DNA of 24,496 nucleotides, taken from positions 1-24,496 of IMG/VR virus record IMGVR_UViG_3300032257_000091; one strand, 5' to 3'. Every line of letters begins with the position of its first letter. The first letter of the stretch is position 1. The position numbers and the translations under genes were made by a program. The notes under the pieces are model-generated. The model saw nothing but the letters and a program-made list of their open reading frames with translations. It was not told the DNA's origin and searched no databases. Below are positions 7,939-16,182 of this stretch, in pieces. This DNA comes from a virus (taxonomy: Duplodnaviria > Caudoviricetes).

Positions 7939-8823
7939 TTATAAATCCTTTTTACTTTGTAGTGAGTTGAATATGTGGGCGATTACGTCAACCGTCCAGC
8001 CGTTGCCAAGCATCTTATAGCGCTGGGTATTACTGACTCCCTTGTCCGTGTACCCATCTGGAACCGTTTGTGCTCGCTCGCATTCGATTGGTGTTAGCTT
8101 TCTAACTCCTTCCTGGTCTAAGTATGGGTCAGACATTGACATCTTGAAATATCTTGCAGTTAGGCAGCTAACTTTATCAGTATCAGACCTTACATTTAAC
8201 TTATCGAAACCTGAGTTCATATGCTTTCTGCGCTCTCTTTTTCTAGCAAAGCCAGCCAGCAGTTTTTCTGACAAGTAGTATTTGTCATCGGCATCAGATT
8301 GCTTTATATCAGATATTGCAAGACCCTTATCTTCAGGGGCTTCAAAATCCCAGTTAGCCCAATAATAACGAGGGCGACTATGTGCGCTGACTAATGCCGA
8401 GTTAATTAATAAGGGCTGAACGCTTAGTTGATCAGAGATAACGTCAAGGTATTCTTTCTTCATCCTGACGTTTTCAAGCATGAATTTGACTTCAGGGTTT
8501 ACGCTTTTAATGTGATTCAATATGTCACGATAAACAAAAAACAAGGCGCTTCTAGGGTCGTCAAAGGCCAATTGACCACCCGCAAAACTAAATCCCTGGC
8601 AAGGTGATCCGCCAATAAGTAAATCAATACTAGACCAATCAATATCCCATTCGCGCCACTTTGTAACATCGCCTAGCTGAATAGTCTCAGGCCAGTTCGC
8701 TTGAGTTACCTTGATAGCGTACTTGTCCAACTCACTAGCGTAGTAATTCTCTACTTCAAAACCTGCTCGCTCGGCTGCAATTCTGCCGCACGACATGCCA
8801 TCAAATAAACTTAATATATTCAT
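7939..8823 (-). CDS. DNA (cytosine-5) methyltransferase, no cognate nuclease adjacent
   Basis: Motifs LSLFDG, GSPCQGFS, ENV, RPRYYW and LGNGW. Confidence 0.93.
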   Translation of the reverse strand: MNILSLFDGMSCGRIAAERAGFEVENYYASELDKYAIKVTQANWPETIQLGDVTKWREWDIDWSSIDLLIGGSPCQGFSFAGGQLAFDDPRSALFFVYRDILNHIKSVNPEVKFMLENVRMKKEYLDVISDQLSVQPLLINSALVSAHSRPRYYWANWDFEAPEDKGLAISDIKQSDADDKYYLSEKLLAGFARKRERRKHMNSGFDKLNVRSDTDKVSCLTARYFKMSMSDPYLDQEGVRKLTPIECERAQTVPDGYTDKGVSNTQRYKMLGNGWTVDVIAHIFNSLQSKKDL

Positions 8824-9026
8824 CCTTCAATCTCCTTATACTTAACGTGCGAGTGGGTTAGAGTCTCGCTAGTCTTTTTAACGACACAGCCCGATAGGAC
8901 TACATCGAATAATTCTGGGTTGGTTTTAAACCAGGTCTTTAGCGTGTTCACTGACTTATTCGCCAGCGCCGCCATTTCTTGCAGGTCTTTCAACCCGCAA
9001 GCTTTAGCTTTTTTTGATGGGGTCAT
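8820..9026 (-). CDS. small HTH-like protein
   Basis: LQEMAALANKSVNTLKTW pattern. Confidence 0.55.
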   Translation of the reverse strand: MTPSKKAKACGLKDLQEMAALANKSVNTLKTWFKTNPELFDVVLSGCVVKKTSETLTHSHVKYKEIEG

Positions 9027-9190
9027 TATTTAACCTCTACAATTTTATAGTTTGGGCCGAACATTCCAACACGCTGGCGCTTTACCTTTTCCGCATCTTC
9101 TCTAGTTTCAAAAATAACTAGCTCTTTATCTTCATTAGACTTGGTAAAATTAACCCAAGAACCGTATTCCTTAACCATAATCTTAAACAT
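9026..9190 (-). CDS. hypothetical protein
   Basis: Start reassigned to MFKIMVKE, which follows TAACAAAGAGGGT; FETREDAE motif. Confidence 0.65.
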   Translation of the reverse strand: MFKIMVKEYGSWVNFTKSNEDKELVIFETREDAEKVKRQRVGMFGPNYKIVEVK

Positions 9191-9294
9191 TTTCTTACCC
9201 TCTTTGTTAGTTTGCATAATGATAATATCAGTTATTCATCCATTATCAAGCCTTTTTAGATGAAAATACAAAATAAACCAAAATAAAACAATAG

Positions 9295-9640
9295 TGATAC
9301 AATAAGACGTGCTTCGGCATTACCCGACAGCTGCACCCTAAAGCGGCGCTCTAGCTTCGAGATGTAGTGAGTAATGGCAGATAAAAGGGGCTTAGGTCTG
9401 CTGGCTTTAAAAGACCGCTACCATTTCGATAGCGGGCAACTATTCGGAATTTCCTAATGGTTCGATTAACGGCACACACTAGTAAGGTGAGATATGAAAT
9501 ATCAGGAAGAGGATTTTTTAGTATGAACGAAGAAGATTTTCCACTAGACAGGCGACCAGGTATTTAAAATGGATATTCGGCCAAGCATTTAAAATAAGCC
9601 CCGAAGCCTCTGATATAAGCTCAAATTGACGGGGCGCTTT
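9295..9640 (+). ncRNA. candidate structured transcript with mini-ORFs
   Basis: Extended -10 TGATACAAT (9295-9303); C(UUCG)G hairpin 9309-9320; several further stems; terminal stem GCCCCG/CGGGGC (9598-9635). Confidence 0.45.
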
Positions 9641-9641
9641 C

Positions 9642-9893
9642 TTACTTCCGCTTATCCCTGTTAGAGCTCACCAGAGGCGCTTGATTAGGTTTTAGGTTCC
9701 AATCAATAGCTTCATTGCAGTTATAGCAAAGCTGCTTGTTAATACTGCTTAGCTTCATTGTGGTTTTATGCTGGCATGGCTTAGGATGTTTAACCCTTGA
9801 TCTGCGAATAAACCAGATATAGGCAGAGTAACCCAGTCCAAGCACTAGGTTAGTCAGGGTTATTATGGTTAGAGTTAGTAATAGGCCGTTCAT
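9642..9893 (-). CDS. membrane-anchored protein with Cys/His cluster
   Basis: N-terminal TM segment; CQH...CYNC. Confidence 0.65.
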   Translation of the reverse strand: MNGLLLTLTIITLTNLVLGLGYSAYIWFIRRSRVKHPKPCQHKTTMKLSSINKQLCYNCNEAIDWNLKPNQAPLVSSNRDKRK

Positions 9894-10204
9894 TTGCTCA
9901 CACTCAGGCGCATCATCATTTCAATATTGGCCGCTAAGAAGTCGCCATTATTACGCTTGTACGCATTAGATACGAATTTTTCAGACATTCCGTACAGCTC
10001 GGCTAGTTCTTTTCGCTTGCATGGGTTGCCGATAATATCCCGGTATTCAAAACTCAGATAGGTGCGCTTTGACTTTCGGATGCTGTAACCAGGCGCAACT
10101 TCAAGCTCTCGATTCATATCAAGTCTAGCAAGGCAAGCCGTTGCAATACTGTTCTGGCCGCTAATTCTATTCGCGTGATGTCGCGCTATGTTGTTGATGC
10201 TCAT
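9890..10204 (-). CDS. hypothetical protein, possible HTH
   Basis: KELAELYGMSEKFVSNAY. Confidence 0.6.
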   Translation of the reverse strand: MSINNIARHHANRISGQNSIATACLARLDMNRELEVAPGYSIRKSKRTYLSFEYRDIIGNPCKRKELAELYGMSEKFVSNAYKRNNGDFLAANIEMMMRLSVSK

Positions 10205-10362
10205 TATTGAAGCTCCATGTCCTTATCGTTCCAACCACCTAACCACCAGTGTTTAAGATTTAATTCTGACTCACCGAACGGGCAATTTTGCTTAGAATCA
10301 CCATCTTTGCGTGCTAGACGGCCTTCTCTATATGCGTCTTGTGTTTGTTGGCGTGTTGGCAT
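10204..10362 (-). CDS. ribosome modulation factor (Rmf/CrpP-fold)-like protein, 52 aa
   Basis: Not in ORF track. MPTRQQTQDAYREGRLARKDGDSKQNCPFGESELNLKHWWLGGWNDKDMELQ matches the Rmf pattern A..G..A...G.S...CP[YF]...WLGGW. TAATG overlaps at both ends. Confidence 0.75.
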   Translation of the reverse strand: MPTRQQTQDAYREGRLARKDGDSKQNCPFGESELNLKHWWLGGWNDKDMELQ

Positions 10363-10577
10363 TATTCTTCCTCCTTAATGCAGGCAATGACGAATTCAAC
10401 TTCTGACACACCAAAAGCAGCTGCTAGCTTTGTAATTAAAGCAGTATGCCCACTAGTTTTCTGGCCAAGGTTTTGGGTGTGAGCAAGCGATTTATTGCCT
10501 AAGCGCTCCTTAATTTCACGCCATTTAAGCTTTTGCTCTTTCTTAAAGTGCTGAACGCCTTTACCGATAATAATCAT
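10362..10577 (-). CDS. Cro-like HTH regulator
   Basis: 71 aa; first gene of the replication arm; LITKLAAAFGVSEVEF. Confidence 0.65.
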   Translation of the reverse strand: MIIIGKGVQHFKKEQKLKWREIKERLGNKSLAHTQNLGQKTSGHTALITKLAAAFGVSEVEFVIACIKEEE

Positions 10578-10599
10578 TAAAATATATTCCTATTTGTTA

Positions 10600-10641
10600 T
10601 TGACGTTAACGAGTATAAAGTATAATCTGTCTACAAATCAA
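10600..10641. promoter_or_regulatory. overlapping divergent promoters
   Basis: Plus strand: TTGACG (10600) with TATAAT (10621) or TAATCT (10623). Minus strand: TTGATT-18-TATACT. Confidence 0.55.
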
Positions 10642-10667
10642 CAGGAATTAACAAAGAGGGTTAGAAA

Positions 10668-11621
10668 ATGACTGATTTAGTCGTAGTAGAAAATTTAGAG
10701 CTTGTTCCATTCTTTACCAAGGGTGATCAGGTGGAGTCGATACTTGATCGCTTAACAGAGGAAGCTAATGCCTATGTTGCTGGTGATCTGTCGGTAAAGA
10801 AAAATCGTGATGCAGTTAAGGCGATGGTAACTAAGTTTACCAAGTCAAAAACCTACCTTGAAAGCAAGGGCAAGGAGTTGGCGGCTGAATACAAGGCAAT
10901 CCCAAAGGCTATCGACGCAAACCGCAAGCTTGTAAAAGATACAATTACTGAGCTTCAGGAGATTGTTCGTAAGCCTCTTACTGATTGGGAGGATGAGCAA
11001 AAAGCTATAGAAGCGGCTGAGATTGCTGCTAAAGAGGCTGCTGAGATAGCCAAGCAGGTTGAGATTGATCATGAAATGGCCCTGCTATTGGACGAAAAGT
11101 TTGAAGTTGATAAGAAAGCTGAGCTTGAACGCATTGAGCAAGAGCGCATTGCTTATGAAGCAGAATTAAAGGCCAAGGCAGCAGCAGAAGCAAAGGCGGA
11201 AGCTGAGAGGCTATCATCAGCTAAGCAGGCCGCGATCGAGGAGCAGAAGGCTGAGGCTATCCGCAAGGAGCAGCGAGCTATCATTGAAAAAGAGCAGGCT
11301 GAACAGCGTGAGAGGCAGCTAAAGATTGATGCGGAGAATGCAGAGAAACAGCGAATTATTGATGCGGAAAATGCAGAGAAAAAACGTATTGCGGATATTG
11401 AAGCATCTAAGCAGGCTCAGATTGCACAGCAGAAGGCAGAAGAGAGTCGCCTAGCCGCTGAGCAGAAAGCTCGTGATGAAGATAAGGAGCACCGAGCAAG
11501 TGTTAATAATTGCGCAGCATCAGCATTAATGGAGTTTGCTAATATAACGGAAGATCAGGCAAAGGCTGTTGTTATAGCTTTGGTTAAAGGTCAAATTCCT
11601 AATGCTACGCTAACTTACTAA
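10668..11621 (+). CDS. phage coiled-coil protein (TolA-like composition) in recombination operon
   Basis: Ala/Glu/Lys-rich; VRKPLTDWE and DKEHRASVNN motifs recalled from a common phage family. Confidence 0.75.
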   Translation: MTDLVVVENLELVPFFTKGDQVESILDRLTEEANAYVAGDLSVKKNRDAVKAMVTKFTKSKTYLESKGKELAAEYKAIPKAIDANRKLVKDTITELQEIVRKPLTDWEDEQKAIEAAEIAAKEAAEIAKQVEIDHEMALLLDEKFEVDKKAELERIEQERIAYEAELKAKAAAEAKAEAERLSSAKQAAIEEQKAEAIRKEQRAIIEKEQAEQRERQLKIDAENAEKQRIIDAENAEKKRIADIEASKQAQIAQQKAEESRLAAEQKARDEDKEHRASVNNCAASALMEFANITEDQAKAVVIALVKGQIPNATLTY

Positions 11622-11634
11622 GAGGGTTAATTAA

Positions 11635-11919
11635 ATGAATGGTGTATACACAGTAGAAGAGTTGGCAATGACTCGTTCTAAAGATGAGCTACAAGAAGCT
11701 ATCAAGAAAACCATTATTAATGGCGATTCTGTCAAAGATGATGACTGCAAGGTTAACTTCAAGACAGTCATCAATAGCATCGACGAAGACCTTGTATGTG
11801 AGCTACTAAGCCGCATTGACCGCACCAATCCTAGCTACAGCAAGGTTATGGGTATTATCGACGAGTTGGCTGATAAGACAGCTAGTGATGTGGCTGACAA
11901 GTTTAATCTGGTGTTTTAG
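11635..11919 (+). CDS. hypothetical protein
   Basis: 94 aa; AAGAGGGTT RBS. Confidence 0.65.
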   Translation: MNGVYTVEELAMTRSKDELQEAIKKTIINGDSVKDDDCKVNFKTVINSIDEDLVCELLSRIDRTNPSYSKVMGIIDELADKTASDVADKFNLVF

Positions 11920-11921
11920 TC

Positions 11922-12200
11922 ATGGCTATTCCAGCATACGCAAGAGCTAGGATAGCTTACCTTGATTACCGCTGTTTCATGGAGCCAAAGGTTATAGCTA
12001 GGCAGTCATACAGAGAAGGTGCGGCAAATAAGTTTAGAGTTGAAGATTCTTTAATCGGAAAAATGTTAAAGAATGAAAAGTATAGGATTGTTGATTCTTA
12101 TAATTCAGCTCCAAAATCAAAGCCTAGTGAAATTTCAGCTCGGTTAAAGCAGCGTCAAAAAGAAGCAATACAAAGAGCATTGAAGCAATTAAATGCTTGA
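11922..12200 (+). CDS. hypothetical basic protein
   Basis: 92 aa ORF in operon. Confidence 0.6.
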   Translation: MAIPAYARARIAYLDYRCFMEPKVIARQSYREGAANKFRVEDSLIGKMLKNEKYRIVDSYNSAPKSKPSEISARLKQRQKEAIQRALKQLNA

Positions 12201-12275
12201 TTAAAAAGGCGGTTTCTATATAGTTACCGCCATACAACGAAATACAAATAACGTACACTAAAAAAGGAAAATACA

Positions 12276-12923
12276 ATGGGTATTCCCGTTCTTATATTGG
12301 GTGAGTCTGGCACTGGTAAAAGCGCCTCAATGAGAAATCTTGATTCATCACAATCAGTAGTTATTCAGGCTGTATCTAAGCCGCTACCATTTCGCAATAG
12401 CTTCAAAAAATACACTAAAGAAACGCCAAAGGGCACTTTAGCTGTAACTGATGATAGCAATTCTATTATTTCAGCATTAAACCATTACGCCAGCTTAGGC
12501 GCTAAAACTATCATTATTGACGACTTTCAATATGTGATGGCTAATGAGTTTATGCGCCGCTCTCAAGAGACAGGATTTACTAAGTTTACAGATATTGCTC
12601 GCCATGCTTGGGAGATTATAACGGCCGCTCAGAACCTTCCTGATGACGTTAAGGTTTACTTTCTTAGTCATGTTCAATCAGACGAACAAGGTGTTACTAA
12701 GGCCAAAACCATTGGCAAGCTGTTGGATGAAAAAATTACTGTTGAGGGGCTATTCACAATAGTTCTTCGCACTAATGTAGAAGACGGTAAATACCGATTC
12801 TCTACACAAAACAACGGTTCTGATACCGTTAAGTCCCCTATGGGTTTATTTGATGTTCAATACATTGAAAACGACCTACAAGAAATAAACAATAAAATAA
12901 ACGAATATTACTTCGGAGCTTAA
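12276..12923 (+). CDS. Sak4-like AAA_24 P-loop ATPase (single-strand annealing protein)
   Basis: LILGESGTGKS; IIIDDFQY; KTIGKLLDEK; TVKSPMGLF; followed by an SSB gene. Confidence 0.85.
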   Translation: MGIPVLILGESGTGKSASMRNLDSSQSVVIQAVSKPLPFRNSFKKYTKETPKGTLAVTDDSNSIISALNHYASLGAKTIIIDDFQYVMANEFMRRSQETGFTKFTDIARHAWEIITAAQNLPDDVKVYFLSHVQSDEQGVTKAKTIGKLLDEKITVEGLFTIVLRTNVEDGKYRFSTQNNGSDTVKSPMGLFDVQYIENDLQEINNKINEYYFGA

Positions 12924-12925
12924 TC

Positions 12926-13543
12926 ATGAATAACCAATTTGCAGTACCATTTAATCAAGAAGCCGCAATGAAAGCGGGCGGAAGCGACTCTTTGCAAGAG
13001 GGTGGCGCTTATGGCGTGAAAATCGTATCAGCTAAGTATATCAGCGCTAAGACAGGCTCTCAGGGCATGGAATTTGAGGTTGTGACTGACTCAGGTCAAA
13101 AGGCTAAGTTCATTACTATCTATTACAAGAAGGCTGATGGATCAATTATTAATAGTGGATATTCTACACTGTGTGGGATTATGTTCTTCTTAGGCTTGCA
13201 GGGTTTAAGTATGCAAAATGCCGGTGCTGACTCATTTGCTCCAGAGCTATCGGGCGCTAAGGTTGGCATGTTCTTGCAGAAGGTCTTGTATACAAAGAAT
13301 GATGGTGGAGAAGGTTATAAATTCGATATCCGCGCACCATTCAAAGCTGATACTTTGCACACTGTTCGCGAAGCTCAGGAAAATAAGCAGCCTTCTGCTA
13401 TTCAAAATTGGATTAATTCATATCAAGATAAGGACATCCGTAAGCCAATGACTCAGCCTGCTAATACTGGGGGTTTTGGCGCTCCTGTCAATCAGTTTGA
13501 CCAATCTGGCGGCTTTGATAACTCAGATATTCCTTTCGGCTAA
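12926..13543 (+). CDS. single-stranded DNA-binding protein (DUF669-like)
   Basis: Follows Sak4-like gene; acidic tail FDNSDIPFG. Confidence 0.7.
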   Translation: MNNQFAVPFNQEAAMKAGGSDSLQEGGAYGVKIVSAKYISAKTGSQGMEFEVVTDSGQKAKFITIYYKKADGSIINSGYSTLCGIMFFLGLQGLSMQNAGADSFAPELSGAKVGMFLQKVLYTKNDGGEGYKFDIRAPFKADTLHTVREAQENKQPSAIQNWINSYQDKDIRKPMTQPANTGGFGAPVNQFDQSGGFDNSDIPFG

Positions 13544-13588
13544 CCACCTAACCAAGCGCTCTATATGGGCGCTATAACCTAACAAAGA

Positions 13589-13783
13589 GTGATGATTATG
13601 AATAATGAAACTATTCAACATGCAATATGGGCTGTATTTTTACTGATAGCGATTGGCCTTATTGCATTTTGTGCAGAAGGCGTTAGTGACAACACGGCAG
13701 AAACTACAGCTAAATATATTGAGAGCGACTGCAAGCGAGGCCCAGTGCTTGGCTCACAAGGAACTGAATGGACTTGCGATTAA
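13589..13783 (+). CDS. small membrane protein
   Basis: One TM segment; TAACAAAGAG leader. Confidence 0.6.
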   Translation: MMIMNNETIQHAIWAVFLLIAIGLIAFCAEGVSDNTAETTAKYIESDCKRGPVLGSQGTEWTCD

Positions 13784-13819
13784 AGGCTATAACAAGTTAA
13801 TTAATAAGAGGGTTTAAAG

Positions 13820-13987
13820 ATGGAAGGATTCGACATTAGAGAGCCTTGGAAAGAGGGTTCTTTGTTTATGAAAGAAAAAGAGTATGAGGCGCTAACGCAG
13901 GTTATTAGCGAAGAGCTGCTAGTTAAGCGAATCTTAATCGCTGGCAATATTGCAGACGCGGCAATTAACAAGATGATGAGAGGGTGA
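13820..13987 (+). CDS. hypothetical protein (55 aa)
   Basis: Not in track. MEGFDIREPWKEGSLFMKEK...KMMRG; AAGAGGGTT RBS. Confidence 0.6.
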   Translation: MEGFDIREPWKEGSLFMKEKEYEALTQVISEELLVKRILIAGNIADAAINKMMRG

Positions 13988-13988
13988 T

Positions 13989-14168
13989 ATGAAAGAGCAA
14001 TACAAGATACTGGCAGCCAATGCGCGAAAGATAGCGATGGAATACGATAATAAAATGAGCGAAGAAATGAAGGACGGTTCTGGCGCTAAGGCTATGGAGT
14101 ATATGGAGCTAGCTAAGCACCATCGCTCTGAGGCGACTAAATACATGCAGGCAGCGGAGGCTTTATAA
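13989..14168 (+). CDS. hypothetical helical protein (59 aa)
   Basis: Not in track. MKEQYKILAANARK...AAEAL; GAGGGTGA RBS; TAATG overlap with next gene. Confidence 0.65.
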   Translation: MKEQYKILAANARKIAMEYDNKMSEEMKDGSGAKAMEYMELAKHHRSEATKYMQAAEAL

Positions 14169-14560
14169 TGAAGGTATTAACACTGGCTAGAAACTATTTA
14201 AGCAATAAAACCATTGGCGTGTTGCGCGGTGATGGAGTTGATTTTAAGACACTTGAAAGACCTTGGATTAATAACGCTATCGGTGTTAGCTGTATTCCTG
14301 AAGGTGCTTACCAGGTTGCTCGAGATCATACAGGAAGGTTTAAATATTACGAAGTGCAAGACGTAGAAGGACGAACGAATATTGAGTTTCATGCGGGGAA
14401 TTTCGTTGAGCATTCCCAGGGCTGTATTTTGGTTGGAAGTGAGTTTAACAATGAATTCAATCTAGTTAATTCAAATAACGCAATCAATGAGCTATTAAAC
14501 ACCATTGGCGATAATGGGTTTATTCTTAATATTCGAGCAGCAACAAAGGATGACTTTTAG
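14168..14560 (+). CDS. DUF5675 family protein (L,D-transpeptidase-like, putative endolysin)
   Basis: TLERPW...SCIPEGAY...GRTNIEFHAGN...SQGCILVG. Confidence 0.8.
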   Translation: MKVLTLARNYLSNKTIGVLRGDGVDFKTLERPWINNAIGVSCIPEGAYQVARDHTGRFKYYEVQDVEGRTNIEFHAGNFVEHSQGCILVGSEFNNEFNLVNSNNAINELLNTIGDNGFILNIRAATKDDF

Positions 14561-14619
14561 CTTAATTTGCACACTAACAGCCCTGTGATAGAATAACCAA
14601 AACTAAACAGGGCTTTATA

Positions 14620-14967
14620 ATGTCATTAATGGCTTGGGCTGGTAATTTATTAGGCTCATCTAACATCGTAGATAAGCTGGTCGATGAAGCTGTTAACTCT
14701 GATAGCGAGAAGGCTAGAGGGCTGGCAACTGAGCGATTAAAGGCGCTTGCACCGTTTAAGGTTGTGCAGAGAATAATGGTTAGTGCTGTTATGGCTGTAT
14801 GGGTGCCGACCGCGCTGCTATTAGTTGTGTTTGCATCCTTAAAGATGAATACTAATCTAGAGTGGCTTTTGACTGTTATTAAAGAGCCTTTTATTTATTA
14901 TCCGACCGGCGCGGCATTTACTGCTTACCTGGGCGGTGGAACAATCAGCGAATTTAGGAAGAAATAA
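14620..14967 (+). CDS. putative holin or membrane protein
   Basis: PFKVVQR followed by TM segments; adjacent to DUF5675. Confidence 0.55.
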   Translation: MSLMAWAGNLLGSSNIVDKLVDEAVNSDSEKARGLATERLKALAPFKVVQRIMVSAVMAVWVPTALLLVVFASLKMNTNLEWLLTVIKEPFIYYPTGAAFTAYLGGGTISEFRKK

Positions 14968-14968
14968 C

Positions 14969-15136
14969 ATGGCGACAACAAAGAAAGCAGCACCAAAGGC
15001 TAAGCGAGTAAAGCCTAAAGTTAATCCGTTGAAGCCTAAACCCAAGAAGGTTGCTGGAGCTGGAGCATTCTACGGGGCTGATAGTAAGTCTAAGGGTAAA
15101 AAGTCCACACTGTCTAAGAAGGCAAGGAAGGCGTAA
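14969..15136 (+). CDS. highly basic Lys-rich peptide (55 aa)
   Basis: Start reassigned to MATTKK (AGGA RBS); 17 Lys, 2 Arg, 1 Asp. Confidence 0.7.
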   Translation: MATTKKAAPKAKRVKPKVNPLKPKPKKVAGAGAFYGADSKSKGKKSTLSKKARKA

Positions 15137-15137
15137 C

Positions 15138-15617
15138 ATGATTGACGCATTTTCTTTTGTGTTAATTGTTGGGGTTGTTCTGGCGGCTGTAGTCAAACGC
15201 TCCGAAATGTCTTTGTGGTTATTATTGATAGCTGGCTTGGGATCAGTAGTGTCAATAAGCAACTCCAGCCCTGACGCTGCTATTATGTTTTTCTGCGGTG
15301 CAAATCTAATACTAATGATAGCTAGCTTCACTAATTGGCGAAAAACCCGGCTAAACCTACCTTTCTTTATCGGCATTCTAGCGTGCATCGACGTTGTTTT
15401 AGGGTTTGTCCATTACCTTCATTTGTTGAATGTCGGGTCAACTTCTTACGCTATTGGTTTATTAGCTGGTACAATTGGATACCTTCAACTAATTTTGGTC
15501 TGTTCCATGCAAGACTCTAAGGGCGTTATGAATGACATTCTTAATGATTCTGGGCATTTGCTTCACAGCGTTTTGCACCTGGGCAGCCATCACCACCACA
15601 ACGGACACGGTAAGTGA
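15138..15617 (+). CDS. multi-pass membrane protein with His-rich C-terminus
   Basis: Start reassigned to MIDAFSF; about 5 hydrophobic segments; ends HLLHSVLHLGSHHHHNGHGK. Confidence 0.7.
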   Translation: MIDAFSFVLIVGVVLAAVVKRSEMSLWLLLIAGLGSVVSISNSSPDAAIMFFCGANLILMIASFTNWRKTRLNLPFFIGILACIDVVLGFVHYLHLLNVGSTSYAIGLLAGTIGYLQLILVCSMQDSKGVMNDILNDSGHLLHSVLHLGSHHHHNGHGK

Positions 15618-15826
15618 ATACTACAGATACAGGGCACAACGGCACAAACTTACTTGTCTATCTGATGACGATGATGGGAACATTCCTGACTGAGAACTGG
15701 TATTTGGTTATTATGGTTGTGTTCGGTTTCGTTCATGTTTACGTCGCATTTCAAAGACATCAGCGAGATAAAAAGAAATTCGATATTGAGATGGAAGCAC
15801 TAAGGGCTAAAAGTGATGCGGTGTAA
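15614..15826 (+). CDS. holin-like small membrane protein
   Basis: GTG start; 1-2 TM segments; charged tail QRHQRDKKK. Confidence 0.55.
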   Translation: MNTTDTGHNGTNLLVYLMTMMGTFLTENWYLVIMVVFGFVHVYVAFQRHQRDKKKFDIEMEALRAKSDAV

Positions 15827-15912
15827 GCTAGGCTTTCATAAGTGGAGAAAATCAAAACGATACATGGACAGCCCGCTAGCATATCAATGCCAGCGGTGCG
15901 GAAAGCATGATA

Positions 15913-16182
15913 TTAGGATTTAACCTTTTTGGGCTTGATCGGCTTATCCATTGATTTACCATTCAAAACATCTTTCTTATAGTTAGCATTCATTTGTTCT
16001 TTAGCCGTCATGGATCGGCACTTGGTATTGTCCTCGATAACCTCATAACTGCCACCGTTGGCAATAAACGCTTCGACCTCTAATCTAATGCGCTCAGCTT
16101 CACTGATCTTTGCACTTGTTAACGATGGCGGCTTAGGTGCTGGGTTATTAGCTCTAGTTTCTAGCAGTTCAGAATGATTCAT
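15913..16182 (-). CDS. SutA-like RNA polymerase-binding domain protein
   Basis: ERIRLEVEAFIANGGSYEVI resembles the SutA motif ERDALAKAMEEFLSRGGKVQEI as recalled. Confidence 0.55.
   Translation of the reverse strand: MNHSELLETRANNPAPKPPSLTSAKISEAERIRLEVEAFIANGGSYEVIEDNTKCRSMTAKEQMNANYKKDVLNGKSMDKPIKPKKVKS

Noticed and set aside
2372-8823. Restriction-modification pair of the methyltransferase and the NucS-like nuclease
   Set aside because: About 5 kb apart under different promoters; solitary methyltransferases are common in phages.
9387-9602. tmRNA
   Set aside because: Begins GGGGCT but lacks a 3' T-arm with CCA and an Ala-ending tag frame.
11325-11390. 33-bp tandem repeat encoding IDAENAEK(Q/K)RI
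   Set aside because: Ordinary coiled-coil repeat expansion.
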